The notes below the pieces were generated by a model. It did not search any database, had not been told where the DNA came from, and saw only the letters and a list, made by a program, of their open reading frames with translations. This document shows positions 10,101 through 18,704 of a DNA stretch of 64,000 nt, piece after piece (position 1 is the stretch's first letter; each line of letters begins with the position of its first letter). The stretch spans positions 32,209 through 96,208 of the forward strand of contig JAHBUR010000004.1 in the NCBI GenBank assembly GCA_019637975.1, read 5' to 3'. The position numbers and the translations under genes are program-made. The DNA is from Bacteroidota bacterium (lineage in GTDB: Bacteria > Bacteroidota > Ignavibacteria > UBA10030 > UBA6906).

Positions 10101-12132
10101 GCAACAAATCTAATAAATTTTGGATCTCCCGAACCGGCAACTTCATGAGTACTGGTACGCTTTCGATCCAGCGATATTCCTTGATGTCACTAATCAGATC
10201 GAGGGGGGGGTGCCTATCTTCCAGAGCAAAAGGACAATTTTGATAAGGCATCTTGGGGTGGTTTGTCGCTAACTCAAGCCAAAGCGTCAGTTTTCGCGCG
10301 CGCACCGTCTCTTCATCAAATGCCTTCTTCAAAACCATCGCGTCCTTGATATGGCGGAGTTGCGAATCCTCATTCCTGAGTACAATCAATTCGTCGTCAG
10401 TCGGAATAAACCGGCTCAGATTCTCAGAGAGATCAAGCTTTTCTATCAGGAACGAGAATTGCACGAACCGCTTGATCATCGTTGCTCGATCCGGTGCTTG
10501 ACGTAATGCGTCTCGTAAAATGCATCTGAGTTCTTCAATTAATTCTGGCATTAAAACTTGCCGCTCGTCCAAAAGTTCGTCTTCTGGAGTGAGAAGCATA
10601 TTCCATAGATGCAAAAAATCCTCCATTTTGAAGCCAGACACGGAACTCTTGTAGCATGCTATGCTTTTTCGTAATATTGGATTGCGATTCCACACTTCGC
10701 CCTTTCCAATGTAGAGCGTCACCAAGTTGTTGGCGACATACCTGCTGTTGTACCTAACGAGATCATTCCACTTCTTCGGGTTGAGACTGCGGCATTTCCC
10801 CATGACTTGCATAACATGGTTTTCGACAGCTTTTCGCGAGCGTCCCAAGGTCAAGAGATGCTGAACGATTTCTTGACACTGCTCAGATTTGAACTGATCG
10901 AAGTTACGCACTAAGGCAAAGTGCCACATCTGCAATGTGTAGCTGACGGATTCGCATTGTAACCCCGCATCGAAAAACTTCCTTAGCTCAAACAACGAAT
11001 CGCAAGCACCGATTTCTCCAAGTGCTTTGATCGCGTTCTGGCGGTTGGCGTCCTTACATTGGTCAGGCTTGTTTCTGTAGTCATTCTGCTGCCGAATGAC
11101 ACTCTCCAGCGCATGGATCAGTCTGATCCTGTTTTCCCGAGTCTTTGCAAATGCCTTCTCAAGATTCTCACCATCAGCAACGGACCTTATCTTCCATTTC
11201 TCGAGCAAAGCCTCCCATTGTTCCGACGACCAATAGCCATCATGACATCTTTTGGATTGTTCGACCAAGCCGTCGCTCATTCTTTCATCATGGAGCATAT
11301 TGCCGATGATGGAGCGGGCAGATTCATACAAGGGTGTCGCCCATAACAGCCTAGCGCTACGTATTCCAGATTCAATCACCTGATAGTAAGCGTGAGGATC
11401 GTTACTGTACTCGAAATCTTTGTACGGAGGCGGTTGGATTAGCTCCAGCGCGACGTCAAAAGCCGAAGTCGTTTCGTCCTTTGGCAGACCCGTTCTTCCG
11501 AAGAAATCCAGAATTCTCCGAAGAACGAAAGGGTCTAAGTCCATTTTGAGAAGACTGTGTAATTGTTCGCCCAACTTAGCATTAGGGAATTCGCTCTGGA
11601 AATCTTTTTCGATGAAATCTACAAAGCGCGATCTGCTCGTATCTCCAACATCGGCCGGTAAGCTGAAAATCCCAGACTCGGTCCCGAGCCATAGGAGATC
11701 AAGGCCGTGCCGGTGATTCGGCTGAAAATAGCTGGGTGCCTCCCGGGAGCTTATCCCTTTCCTAGGTGGTTCTCCTTGCTCCAGCAGATCTAGTCCCTTG
11801 CGTATAATTTTTTTCAAGTTCTGCGGTAGAGGGTTGGCATAGAAAGTTTCGAGATCGACACCGACATATTCCCAACGTTCCGGAAATCTCTCACGCATAA
11901 TTTGGGCAGCCCATTTCCTTATTTGCTCCTCATGAACAAATGACCCAGTGACAAGCCCTAAAAAGTATTCGCGTTCATCGGGGTTTGTCATCTGAGCCAA
12001 GCAATCTTCCATCTTCTGCATCCCGCGCAGTTGCACTGCAGACCAGGGGGAAGTCAAATACTCTTTGACGGACTTGATTTTATCAATTAGGCTAAGAGAC
12101 TCGAATCTCGCTAGGCGCTTGTTCTTTGCCAT
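4111..12132 (-). CDS. giant 2673-aa protein of unknown function; alpha-helical N-terminal third, then repeated beta-rich (S1/OB- or SH3-like) modules
   Basis: Uninterrupted 8-kb ORF. No Walker, helicase or obvious nuclease motifs. Recurrent G-D-R-[IL]...V...F modules, for example GDRIIAHVVRFDNISFRLEIEM and GDRLHGRLMVAHEGLRYSEHGVFQITRV. Overlaps the upstream STAND gene by 22 nt. Confidence 0.85.
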   Translation of the reverse strand: MAKNKRLARFESLSLIDKIKSVKEYLTSPWSAVQLRGMQKMEDCLAQMTNPDEREYFLGLVTGSFVHEEQIRKWAAQIMRERFPERWEYVGVDLETFYANPLPQNLKKIIRKGLDLLEQGEPPRKGISSREAPSYFQPNHRHGLDLLWLGTESGIFSLPADVGDTSRSRFVDFIEKDFQSEFPNAKLGEQLHSLLKMDLDPFVLRRILDFFGRTGLPKDETTSAFDVALELIQPPPYKDFEYSNDPHAYYQVIESGIRSARLLWATPLYESARSIIGNMLHDERMSDGLVEQSKRCHDGYWSSEQWEALLEKWKIRSVADGENLEKAFAKTRENRIRLIHALESVIRQQNDYRNKPDQCKDANRQNAIKALGEIGACDSLFELRKFFDAGLQCESVSYTLQMWHFALVRNFDQFKSEQCQEIVQHLLTLGRSRKAVENHVMQVMGKCRSLNPKKWNDLVRYNSRYVANNLVTLYIGKGEVWNRNPILRKSIACYKSSVSGFKMEDFLHLWNMLLTPEDELLDERQVLMPELIEELRCILRDALRQAPDRATMIKRFVQFSFLIEKLDLSENLSRFIPTDDELIVLRNEDSQLRHIKDAMVLKKAFDEETVRARKLTLWLELATNHPKMPYQNCPFALEDRHPPLDLISDIKEYRWIESVPVLMKLPVREIQNLLDLLRCMLQDERTNSHYGFLYGGLNKYVRQHLSGEAAYYLYEELRGETELTDAELSKFAWLSLLRASQFANEHHLPFPPEGQSDRTGESEAVSSRLASALAQLDFEETLVGTAEGGTVKLLTQESLHHHRNVVFASPVMGLRNVWRVVTNRADFPSAIADKIKNLHLNTEPQSNKQICVGDCVLGSIERLCETNSGEKFIVDLGASYPKGIWSEPEIGETQTEKLGNLGQLHLFMVAGREQAGDLILSKRALIASLKEVLLNVRDNLEMEVALDAINLEGNVRVLCGHLPFEVSREEVSWANLQNTLEVIKLLEERQERIKICLVRPAEGAKVIFSFKRRKPVWGAEKLAMFFGTAPFKLTFVNLDKNDLLFEVHTSLPESDYPDHFVRPGTLCKLSAERMVDKDEFNYHPLLTAYPPKCGETFEAQWLLPQVNQRDNRPWQQQGECVLKLRRIAPYRYDLHGKFELEARVTIIAQPSKPWSDKPQTVEIIEPQFEERPVPAILEWDKVDSEMLLHLGEIDEVLKLRAKIIGYRESVPLVIPLIDEFRKFEVGDWYHLKVIGSSRDDWRNWLNLSHWTTRESFVINEDQLAYNPKITIQDFPCDTVVEARYVGKNEKRGEMEFSLLLDSPEETIQSVERLKLPANGIYIGYQEKGYDRYVWIERKPGICLRIARQCFEDFGRTHFYAGDAVSLKPGRELNRVLLVHNLQVQSGGIRSILAQEEPLKGLVISEDGLVRVTPPGIRSMNGRLVGGGSHYRTRARIDVRAERIWMSCSSGIPKLHGDLVPVADSTTVPGIDSILKEKTKNEFFNVWGRVQSAGKDGLRIKSWNYDSDITFLVPYRDISHVVSRRDYQYYQSRANRNLVRGFRVMGVDTEKKLVKLSLCQGIPQNLNRNGKLNAEFGIDKGEACLIRISEDNRSYIFETATLVICRVSVDDILITPGQRRSYFNWKFIDGMFSFAFSDNNKLVLRALPVRSLSETLNSLRNHVFRCHLSNEREKWRIRFLGEAAKRHIQLQHVQAFLALEDAQILTEKVSDQDIFSVVFGHFDKEQEAFVFRIWDSDKHQKYEIEIQLLVPEGNNTGWRVRPANGPVGNLKFPDLTSNSSLSLFGLTRPMHPVMHPGTLNFNVGEWHSAILVKHDNSSKLSLTGSTPREVGELDQFFLENPNEKRLVFTMLQDTAKSDEPILVERVPGMNYRIPLSRFDRPQRIKDLRRGDRIIAHVVRFDNISFRLEIEMFLRDGWLWKIFLQSAQPPHPNREGYIKDASFVFEKWGISRNYFSVFYTNHKKIEERLLLQLSALPAEQRSSFLWLKPGDRLHGRLMVAHEGLRYSEHGVFQITRVEVGLQHEVKEDAVRGTGRLARVRIEEILENGYRVVFEEDAALTGFLPNQEAKCLSRNNINLDNLKNLEIPVLITAADRTIEVSYDQYLSERVQTFGVASLLPGIVKRACAEGAFIQFPGFVTFILYDELIYGYFGKGKLQKNMAISCVLREWSPSEGRILLSRVPTFDDAGRNETFVAKIVSKHPDCLLVRYEQSYGMVAMNYVKSEFHEPLETGDEVRLSQFMIGKKRHLSVRSQSSMIHRKQVAWDTCCKFFPAWAELVWTNLWDRRKQSKHSEYDWLAFGSQLSELFVPINSTTATAVARFLAAPLRQLHLFAVIPEASRDDWSSFLSGTARIIMNPQLYREDQDPLVLLAAIEYFLSVEEYADIHRSHQEHSIDWKVIYAMVNYTHERIPESLNAGLGRIIAARRSGADMDYTQLVEEVVQRLGSHFELFLQPYWPDWKQDMENHAVATMGRATNPLEQYIPGELGSTVDTIENWIREVKTKPTLKVGRLHYLLACLYFVSQNEEKVQEHLEEAGYHLGSVEEDRAWRRRIEVLRLCMSFLAGRLHERPTGRPSEEAWFDNLVDLLKKYCNSYHPESESDSNSIIFSTGLAVALRDYGSLSYLLEARRSSPSFLTLLLQNFLDNRTGRMEPPDTLNSRDLFLKSGISVHQYLIR

Positions 12133-15068
12133 GTGTTAACCTCTGCATTCTGCGTATGTTGTAACTTATCCATGAATGATCTGAATGATGTGCGTTGTTG
12201 CTCTGTAGGCAGCTTCGTCAGAATCCTCTCAAGTACCTTGATGTGAGCGGAAACTCGCGCGACAGCTTTAGCTTCCTCAAGGTTAATTCTTGTACGAGAC
12301 TCAAGGAAAAAGTTTGCCACTTTGTCCCTGTGCGTTAGCGAAACTTCCGGCATCTTTGCAAGGCTTTTCAAAAGTTGGATGGTCGAAAGTCTGCTGAGTA
12401 TGGCTAATTCTTTCTCATTTTCCCCTCCTTGGTGATAGCGTGTCAACAACGCAATAGCCGCACGTAAGCGCAGCAGAGGAACTTTTCCAGTAGCGACAAT
12501 GTCTTCCAGTTTCGAAATTTCACCACAGGCAATAAGATGCTGGAGTATTCTATCCTTTACAAGTGGAGCTACTTCCTTATCGTAGAAGGTCGTAAGCCAA
12601 CTAGCTGCTTCAGTAAGACTCGTGGATTGCATTAAGTCAAGTGCAACCTCTTTCAAATTGTTGTCCCGACGATCTTCCCCCAGTTCGCACAGTTTTTGAA
12701 TGAAGGTCAGTGATGCAAATTGGCTCCAGCCCCGCAAAGCATAAAGTAGAGCAATTGTCCTCTGCGGATCTCGCACGTAAAGTCTCTCGGGCGCCTCCAG
12801 AATATCATTCATCCAAGTTTGAATGATGTCCCGTTGATTAGGTTCCAGACAAAAGAAGGAAAACGCGGAAAGAATTCGATTGATAGTGGCCGTGTCAAGA
12901 GAATTTCGATATTCGAAGCACGCCTTGACGGCTTGCTCTGCTGCATTTTCGATCGGATATTGTTCGATGATGCTTAACCACTCCTCCCAAAGTCGTGGCG
13001 AATTCCCATAGAGATCGGAACGGAGTTTTTCGGCGCCGTTAGAATGAAAGAGTTCACGCAATGATTGATGACGTCGTATCAAGTGATCAGAAAGCAGGTC
13101 GCACAAAGCAGGCGGTATCTCCTGATTCCCAAGAGCGAGATCGTCAAGCGTCATTTCACGTTCGCGTGTACTTTCTTCCCGTAACTCAGGATAGGTCTTC
13201 ATCATATGGATGAGTTGGTCCCATGTCTGCTGATTCGCGTTGGATTGGGCTGAAACTCTCCATAAGAACTTGATCGCTATGCTGGCTTGATCTGAAGAGC
13301 GGATGTTTCTGAAGCGTTCGAAGCATTTTGAGACGACCAGATCCCAATCACGGCTATCCGATAGCCTTTCCAAAAAGAGTATTGCCAGCGACCAGAAATT
13401 GGGATTCTCCGACAACGCAGCGACCCCACCCGATATTTGGGCACGATTACCAGACCAAATGGTCAAGGCTGCCTCCACCACCCAGTAATTGAGCATGAAC
13501 GGAAAGGAAATGGTGACCGTTGAGAAATCTCTTTGCAAAATGTCCTTCAAGACAACAGGGCCCAATTCTGGGAACGGGAATTCCCTGCGTTCGGCCTCAA
13601 AGCTCTCTGCGTCGATTTTTCCGTTCCAATCCTTCCATGTTTCCGGAGGGGAATTCAACCACTGTCTGGCGAAGGGTCTGATTATCAGCAAATCGACTTC
13701 TTTTATCTTTTCGTTACGTCGAAGACCAGATGGCAACACTTGTTTGAGAAAGCCATGGCTGAGTTCACGCAAGTAGTCAATATCGGACCCACCTTCAGCA
13801 GCACTTTGGTAATAGTTCAGCAACAGGTTCAAACCGAACAAACTATCCTTAGGTAGTGGAGATGAAGGCGACACCCAGAAATTATACAAGCTACCCCACT
13901 TTTCTCTAAGGAGACTGCGCTGAGCACGCAAATATTGCCACACTTCCGGAATCGATGGGGGACATATCGACATTTCCCGCCAGTTCTTGAGTTCGCCTCC
14001 GTGTTCTCTAAAATCTTTGCTGCGCAGACTGAGCCAAACGCGATTTGCCCGTCCCTCACGTTCATTTTCATCACGCAACCGTCTTAGCCAAGCCGGCAAT
14101 AGCCTGTATTTTTCTTCGGCAGGATCAATCTCATCCAAATACAACCACAGGCTACCCTTATTCCAGCAATACTGGAGAGTTTCAAACTCTGGCCACAATG
14201 CCGATCTAAGAATCGTGAATGGAGGTCCATCGTTCGTGTCAAAGTCCTTGATCGCAGCAAAGCTCACTGGCAAGGGCCAATGTGTCGGATTTTGCTGTAG
14301 GTACAAAAGTTCCCGTACTACATGAATCATGAGTGACGTTTTCCCACTGCCGACGTCGCCAGTAATAATTGCATAAGGACTGTCGCATGCCACTTCCAAG
14401 GGTGACAGCCTCTGCTCGGTGAGATGCAGAGGACAATAAGGCTGCCCTGGAGTCTCCAGGATCGGATCCTGTTCCCATGCTCTCGGCCCTCGGTTCCAGT
14501 ACTTCCTTATTGCGTCTCGAATTTCGCCACTGGTTGGATCTTGCCGTTGTTTATTATCTAATTTGCCTCCGTATTCATGCGCAAATATGTCCTTGATTCG
14601 AGAGAATTTGGGATAGTCTGTGTTATAGAGATTGACTATTTTGTGCAATAGATCCTTGGCCGAGAGAATATGCTTTTTAGGATCGAACCATTGGTATTTG
14701 CTCTTTTTCATCCTTGGGCGATCAAGTTTGAGAATAAGAAACCGAAGTCCGTTGGTGAAAGTTTTGTCATGCTGATACTTGACAAAAGCCTCTAGCGTGT
14801 CTCTTATTTTTGTTCCATCAGTTCTCGATGTTATTTGAAAAGCAACCTTACCTTGTGTATTATCGCCCAAGTCAATAGCCGGAAAATTTGCTTGTTTCTG
14901 GTTGAGGTTTTCCAGTCTCAGATCAAAGATCGTATTTAAGACATCTTTGCATAGATCTTCAGAAAGTTTGTTGATATCGAAAAAGTTTAAGGCATTCTGC
15001 GAATCAATTTCGCTGAGCCATTCCATCACATATTTCGATATGGTTTGTATTTCGGTTTGCTTATTCAT
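12111..15068 (-). CDS. STAND/NACHT-type NTPase (985 aa) with an uncharacterised ~230-aa N-terminal domain and a C-terminal helical-repeat region
   Basis: Walker A ITGDVGSGKTSLM at about residue 240; Walker B LWLYLDEIDP; a long C-terminal alpha-repeat (HEAT/TPR-like) region. This is the architecture of antiviral STAND (Avs-like) proteins. Confidence 0.7.
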   Translation of the reverse strand: MNKQTEIQTISKYVMEWLSEIDSQNALNFFDINKLSEDLCKDVLNTIFDLRLENLNQKQANFPAIDLGDNTQGKVAFQITSRTDGTKIRDTLEAFVKYQHDKTFTNGLRFLILKLDRPRMKKSKYQWFDPKKHILSAKDLLHKIVNLYNTDYPKFSRIKDIFAHEYGGKLDNKQRQDPTSGEIRDAIRKYWNRGPRAWEQDPILETPGQPYCPLHLTEQRLSPLEVACDSPYAIITGDVGSGKTSLMIHVVRELLYLQQNPTHWPLPVSFAAIKDFDTNDGPPFTILRSALWPEFETLQYCWNKGSLWLYLDEIDPAEEKYRLLPAWLRRLRDENEREGRANRVWLSLRSKDFREHGGELKNWREMSICPPSIPEVWQYLRAQRSLLREKWGSLYNFWVSPSSPLPKDSLFGLNLLLNYYQSAAEGGSDIDYLRELSHGFLKQVLPSGLRRNEKIKEVDLLIIRPFARQWLNSPPETWKDWNGKIDAESFEAERREFPFPELGPVVLKDILQRDFSTVTISFPFMLNYWVVEAALTIWSGNRAQISGGVAALSENPNFWSLAILFLERLSDSRDWDLVVSKCFERFRNIRSSDQASIAIKFLWRVSAQSNANQQTWDQLIHMMKTYPELREESTREREMTLDDLALGNQEIPPALCDLLSDHLIRRHQSLRELFHSNGAEKLRSDLYGNSPRLWEEWLSIIEQYPIENAAEQAVKACFEYRNSLDTATINRILSAFSFFCLEPNQRDIIQTWMNDILEAPERLYVRDPQRTIALLYALRGWSQFASLTFIQKLCELGEDRRDNNLKEVALDLMQSTSLTEAASWLTTFYDKEVAPLVKDRILQHLIACGEISKLEDIVATGKVPLLRLRAAIALLTRYHQGGENEKELAILSRLSTIQLLKSLAKMPEVSLTHRDKVANFFLESRTRINLEEAKAVARVSAHIKVLERILTKLPTEQQRTSFRSFMDKLQHTQNAEVNTWQRTSA

Positions 15069-15259
15069 GCAAATGACAGATTTGGAGCGAACTCAATAGT
15101 TGGTCATTGTGTCAACCAATCGTTTGACGAGTCATCTTCTGACTGGCCCCATTGGATCATCCGTTTGTCCACATGCCTCTCCCACTCACCAGATTTCAAC
15201 GATACTGTTCTCCAAAAAAAACGGCAACCCATTTTTGCGATCGGCCAGTTATTCACGCT

Positions 15260-16501
15260 TCAAAGTTCAGCGCTGACTGACTTTCCCAACTCTAAGATGG
15301 CGTGTGCCAAAACAAATCTCCCTGCTTGAGTATGTCCGCGCGTTGACATTATTTCGGCAAGCCCGAGATGCGCCGACGCGACAGAAACGCGCAAGCGATA
15401 TTCCCAGTTATCCCAATCTCCTTCTCTTTGCTCTTCAATCTTGTCTAATGTGTACTGCTCGACCCTTTTTCTTCTGAGCTCCGCAGCCTTGGGAATATCA
15501 CTAAGATGAATATCCAGGACCCACCTGCTTTTTCTGGATGGCGGGATCCATCTGCTGTGGCAGGACTTGGGATTACGCGCGACCCATCCGACAGGTTGCA
15601 TCCAATGTAACAGTTTTCCAAAATCATAGATTGGGTCGGACATTCCGATAAGAGGATTTGGATCTATCAGGAAGCATGAGAATCCATGACCGCGTTTGCG
15701 GAACAGGATATTCCCCAAGTGGGGATCCCCGTGCACAAGATTCATTCTCAGTTTGGGAAGATCCGCCTGTAATCGTGCCTTGACAGTCTTAAGTGTATTG
15801 TTCAGTGGAGGCACTTTCTTACCATTCACATAACCAGGCTCAGACATGATTGAAGAAAGCGCTTCGTCTGCCTTTAATATTGCACGCAGTTTAGAGTCAA
15901 TACGTTTGGTGTAAGGATCAACGCTGGTGCCTATCCGGGACTTAATTCTGACAGTGGTCTTGTGAACATTCTTGATGGCGCTAATGGCCTTGTCTACTAG
16001 ACGGTTCAAAACAGCTACCTCCGTTGCTTCATTGTAGAGGTACTTGGAAAATGACTTGAACTTTCTCATTTGTTCCATCAATAAAACAAATCGAACATCA
16101 TCTAACACATCAATGTGCAGCACGTCGGGGAATGTCCTTGGATATTGGCTGTTGACCAACTCTATGAGAGCCTTATGCAATTTCAATTCATCAGTCCCGA
16201 GTTTTACTACCGTATGCACATCAGTTCGCACCGTTCCAACAAAGTCGGCTTTGAATCCTTCGCCGAGTTGCTCTATCTTTCCTATTCTCACGCAGCTTCG
16301 CATGAATTGTTCGGAGAATCCTAATTGTAACACCCGCCTGACTATCGGAACAAAGTCTATTGGGTTGTGTTGAAAATCAGGGGCTTGGATTGAAGATGAC
16401 AGGTTTTGGAAGCCACGAAGTTTTCTGAGGGCTATTTTGTTGTTGAGCGAAGTGAGGTTTTTTTCAGGTGCGGTCAAGAAGCATTCCCCTAAGTGAGCCA
16501 C
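15260..16501 (-). CDS. APH/choline-kinase-fold phosphotransferase (413 aa)
   Basis: Brenner catalytic motif LVHGDPHLGNILF (HGDxxxxN) followed by FLIDPNP (IDxx metal-binding motif), as in aminoglycoside phosphotransferase-like kinases. Confidence 0.6.
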   Translation of the reverse strand: MAHLGECFLTAPEKNLTSLNNKIALRKLRGFQNLSSSIQAPDFQHNPIDFVPIVRRVLQLGFSEQFMRSCVRIGKIEQLGEGFKADFVGTVRTDVHTVVKLGTDELKLHKALIELVNSQYPRTFPDVLHIDVLDDVRFVLLMEQMRKFKSFSKYLYNEATEVAVLNRLVDKAISAIKNVHKTTVRIKSRIGTSVDPYTKRIDSKLRAILKADEALSSIMSEPGYVNGKKVPPLNNTLKTVKARLQADLPKLRMNLVHGDPHLGNILFRKRGHGFSCFLIDPNPLIGMSDPIYDFGKLLHWMQPVGWVARNPKSCHSRWIPPSRKSRWVLDIHLSDIPKAAELRRKRVEQYTLDKIEEQREGDWDNWEYRLRVSVASAHLGLAEIMSTRGHTQAGRFVLAHAILELGKSVSAEL

Positions 16502-16990
16502 GGAACGGAATGAAACCAGTCGGATATTTCACCCTGCACACCTACCACGGTCAGGGCGTACCGTTCACATGAAGTAGCAGAGAACTAAAAGCCTCTACTA
16601 GGCCGTAGGCCAATCGAGCTGACGGAGGTCAGGTTGATTGTGTGTGGTAACTTAGATGATCGCACGGAAAAAGTCAATAGAGCGGGGTGAAGCAAACGCG
16701 GACTCGACGATGCTGTGGAGTGGGCATCCGCAGCTGTGAATCGCCATTCTCTCCCAAGTAGGTCTTGGAATGATGGTTTGAGATCAGATTGAGCTGTCAA
16801 TGAAAAACCTCGACAATTGCTACCGGGGGACTTCTCGTCTTCGGTGCAGCCGGTCGTTCACCCTTGCGGTAAGGTCACATCACGTAATCGTTTACGCCGG
16901 TCCCACGTTTCGCGCCAAATGAACAATTCGGTGATTTTGCTTTTTTACCAAATATTCTTATCCTGTGTAAAGGTTGGGAGCGCGCGCGTT

Positions 16991-17040
16991 AGTAAGGGGA
17001 TGGGAGCAATACCCAACCGCCCATTCCCTTACTTTTTTTC
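16991..17040 (+). terminator. intrinsic terminator on the plus strand with no annotated plus-strand gene upstream
   Basis: agtaaggggatggg...cccattcccttact forms a 14-bp stem with one mismatch, followed by ttttttcc. Confidence 0.5.
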
Positions 17041-17294
17041 CTGGGTGTAGGTCGCAAGACTGAATAACGAGGCGTAAGTAGGACGCCTACAAGAGCCATT
17101 CGCTCGGAGACCCAGACCTGTCCCTTGCCACTTTTCAAGATTCCATCCGTGGTGAAATGCGGGAATGGCGCGCTGAACTCGGATTTTTGATTTCTCAGTT
17201 AGTACAGGACGAAGTCGTTTCATTTCAATGTTTCTAAGATCGTAGAACAAAGAAGTTCCTCAGGCAGCAGACCAAATACGCTATCGTGTGCAGT

Positions 17295-17512
17295 TCCTGT
17301 TCCGGGCACAGCCCAAGGGGTATCGTTCACGCGGTACCCCTTGCTGTTTTGGATTGATGCAGTGAGCACGATCCCTTCAAAAACAGAACCGCCCCGCACG
17401 TCTGCGGGGCGCTTCATTTTGCTCTTTGCATTGTACTTCTCATGTTATTTCTAACATCAGTTATACTCCGCAATCGCGGCGGTGTGCACACGGAAGTCGC
17501 CGCGCTGTATCT
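17295..17512. repeat. copy A of a ~218-bp direct repeat (the second copy is at 26920..27135)
   Basis: About 93% identical to copy B. It contains a minus-sense hairpin plus T-run, ccccgcagacgtgcgggg + ttctgtttttg, so it looks like a 3'UTR/terminator module. Confidence 0.8.
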
Positions 17513-17570
17513 ACCTGACCTGCCCCCAATAAACCGTTCCAAGTGTTATCTTGGATAAAAGGAGGCAGCA

Positions 17571-17849
17571 ATGAGCAAACAGAGACATACGGCAGAGCAA
17601 ATCATCGGCAAACTTCGCGAAGCAGAAGTGTTGCAAGCAAAGGGGATGTCGATGGAAGAGGTAATGCGCCAGTTGTGTATCAGTGATGCAACATATTACA
17701 AGTGGCGGAAAGAGTATGGCGGTCTTCGCGTTGATCAAGCAAAACGGCTGAAAGAGTTGGAACATGAGAACAGTCGGTTGCGCAAGGTGGTGTCAGATCT
17801 CTCGATCGATAATGCCATCTTGAAGGAGGCGGCCCGGGGAAACTACTGA
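17571..17849 (+). CDS. IS3-family transposase OrfA (HTH)
   Basis: 92 aa, MSKQRHTAEQIIGKLREAEV...ATYYKWRKEYG, typical of IS3/IS911 OrfA. Confidence 0.8.
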   Translation: MSKQRHTAEQIIGKLREAEVLQAKGMSMEEVMRQLCISDATYYKWRKEYGGLRVDQAKRLKELEHENSRLRKVVSDLSIDNAILKEAARGNY

Positions 17850-17872
17850 GCCCGGCCAAACGGCGCCGGGCG

Positions 17873-18704
17873 GTGGAAGAGATTGTGGAGGCACTTCACG
17901 TATCCGAACGACGAGCGTGTCGCGTGTTAGAGCAGCCGCGAACAACACAACGTCATCAGGCGTCACGCCGAAGCGATGAGGAACCGTTGCGGAAACGGAT
18001 TGTTGCCTTGGCGTGTCTGTACGGACGCTATGGGTATCGGCGAGTAACGGTGTTACTGAGGGACGAAGGCTGGCGAGTGAATCACAAGCGCGTTGAACGC
18101 CTATGGCGCCAGGAAGGCTTAAAAGTGCCGCAACGACAAGCCCAAACGGAGACGGTTGTGGTTCAATGATGGGTCATGCATACGGTTACGTCCGTTGTAT
18201 CGGAACCACGTGTGGAGCTACGATTTTGTTGCAGATCGTACGAGTGATGGCAAGCCGATACGGATATTGAACATTCTAGATGAGTATTCACGCGAGTGTT
18301 TGAAGATTCGCATCGACAGACAGATGAAAGCAGTAGATGTGATTTATGAATTGTCGGAACTGTTTGTTGAACGCGGAGTACCGGATTACCTCCGCTCTGA
18401 TAACGGGTCGGAATTTGCAGCGGCGATAGTCCGTGATTGGCTGAAACGACTCGGCGTCAAGACACTCTTTATCGAACCAGGGAGTCCATGGGAGAACGGC
18501 TACATCGAATCATTCAACGGAAAAATGAGAGATGAATTATTGAATGGAGAAATCTCTGATACTATTCTGGAGGCACGGGTGATCACAGAACGATGGAGGA
18601 AGGCATACAACACGGTTCGACCACACAGTTCATTGGGATACCGTCCACCGGCGCCAGAAGTACACCAATATCTTAGCTTGCCAGTGGCTGAGCAAATTAA
18701 CTAA
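17873..18704 (+). pseudogene. IS3-family transposase OrfB (DDE integrase core) disrupted by a frameshift near 18156-18169
   Basis: Two frames, 17873..18169 and 18156..18704, together encode a typical OrfB (YRNHVWSYDFV...DNGSEF...PWENGYIESFNGKMRDE). The expected ...QRQAKRRRLWFNDGS junction is broken. Confidence 0.7.

Noticed and set aside
17220-17417. ORFs 17220..17417 and 26767..27024 (minus) encoding similar peptides (..IQNSKGYRVNDTPWAVPGTG..)
   Set aside because: They lie entirely within the two copies of the 218-bp repeat, across its terminator hairpin. The similarity reflects the DNA repeat, not a conserved gene.
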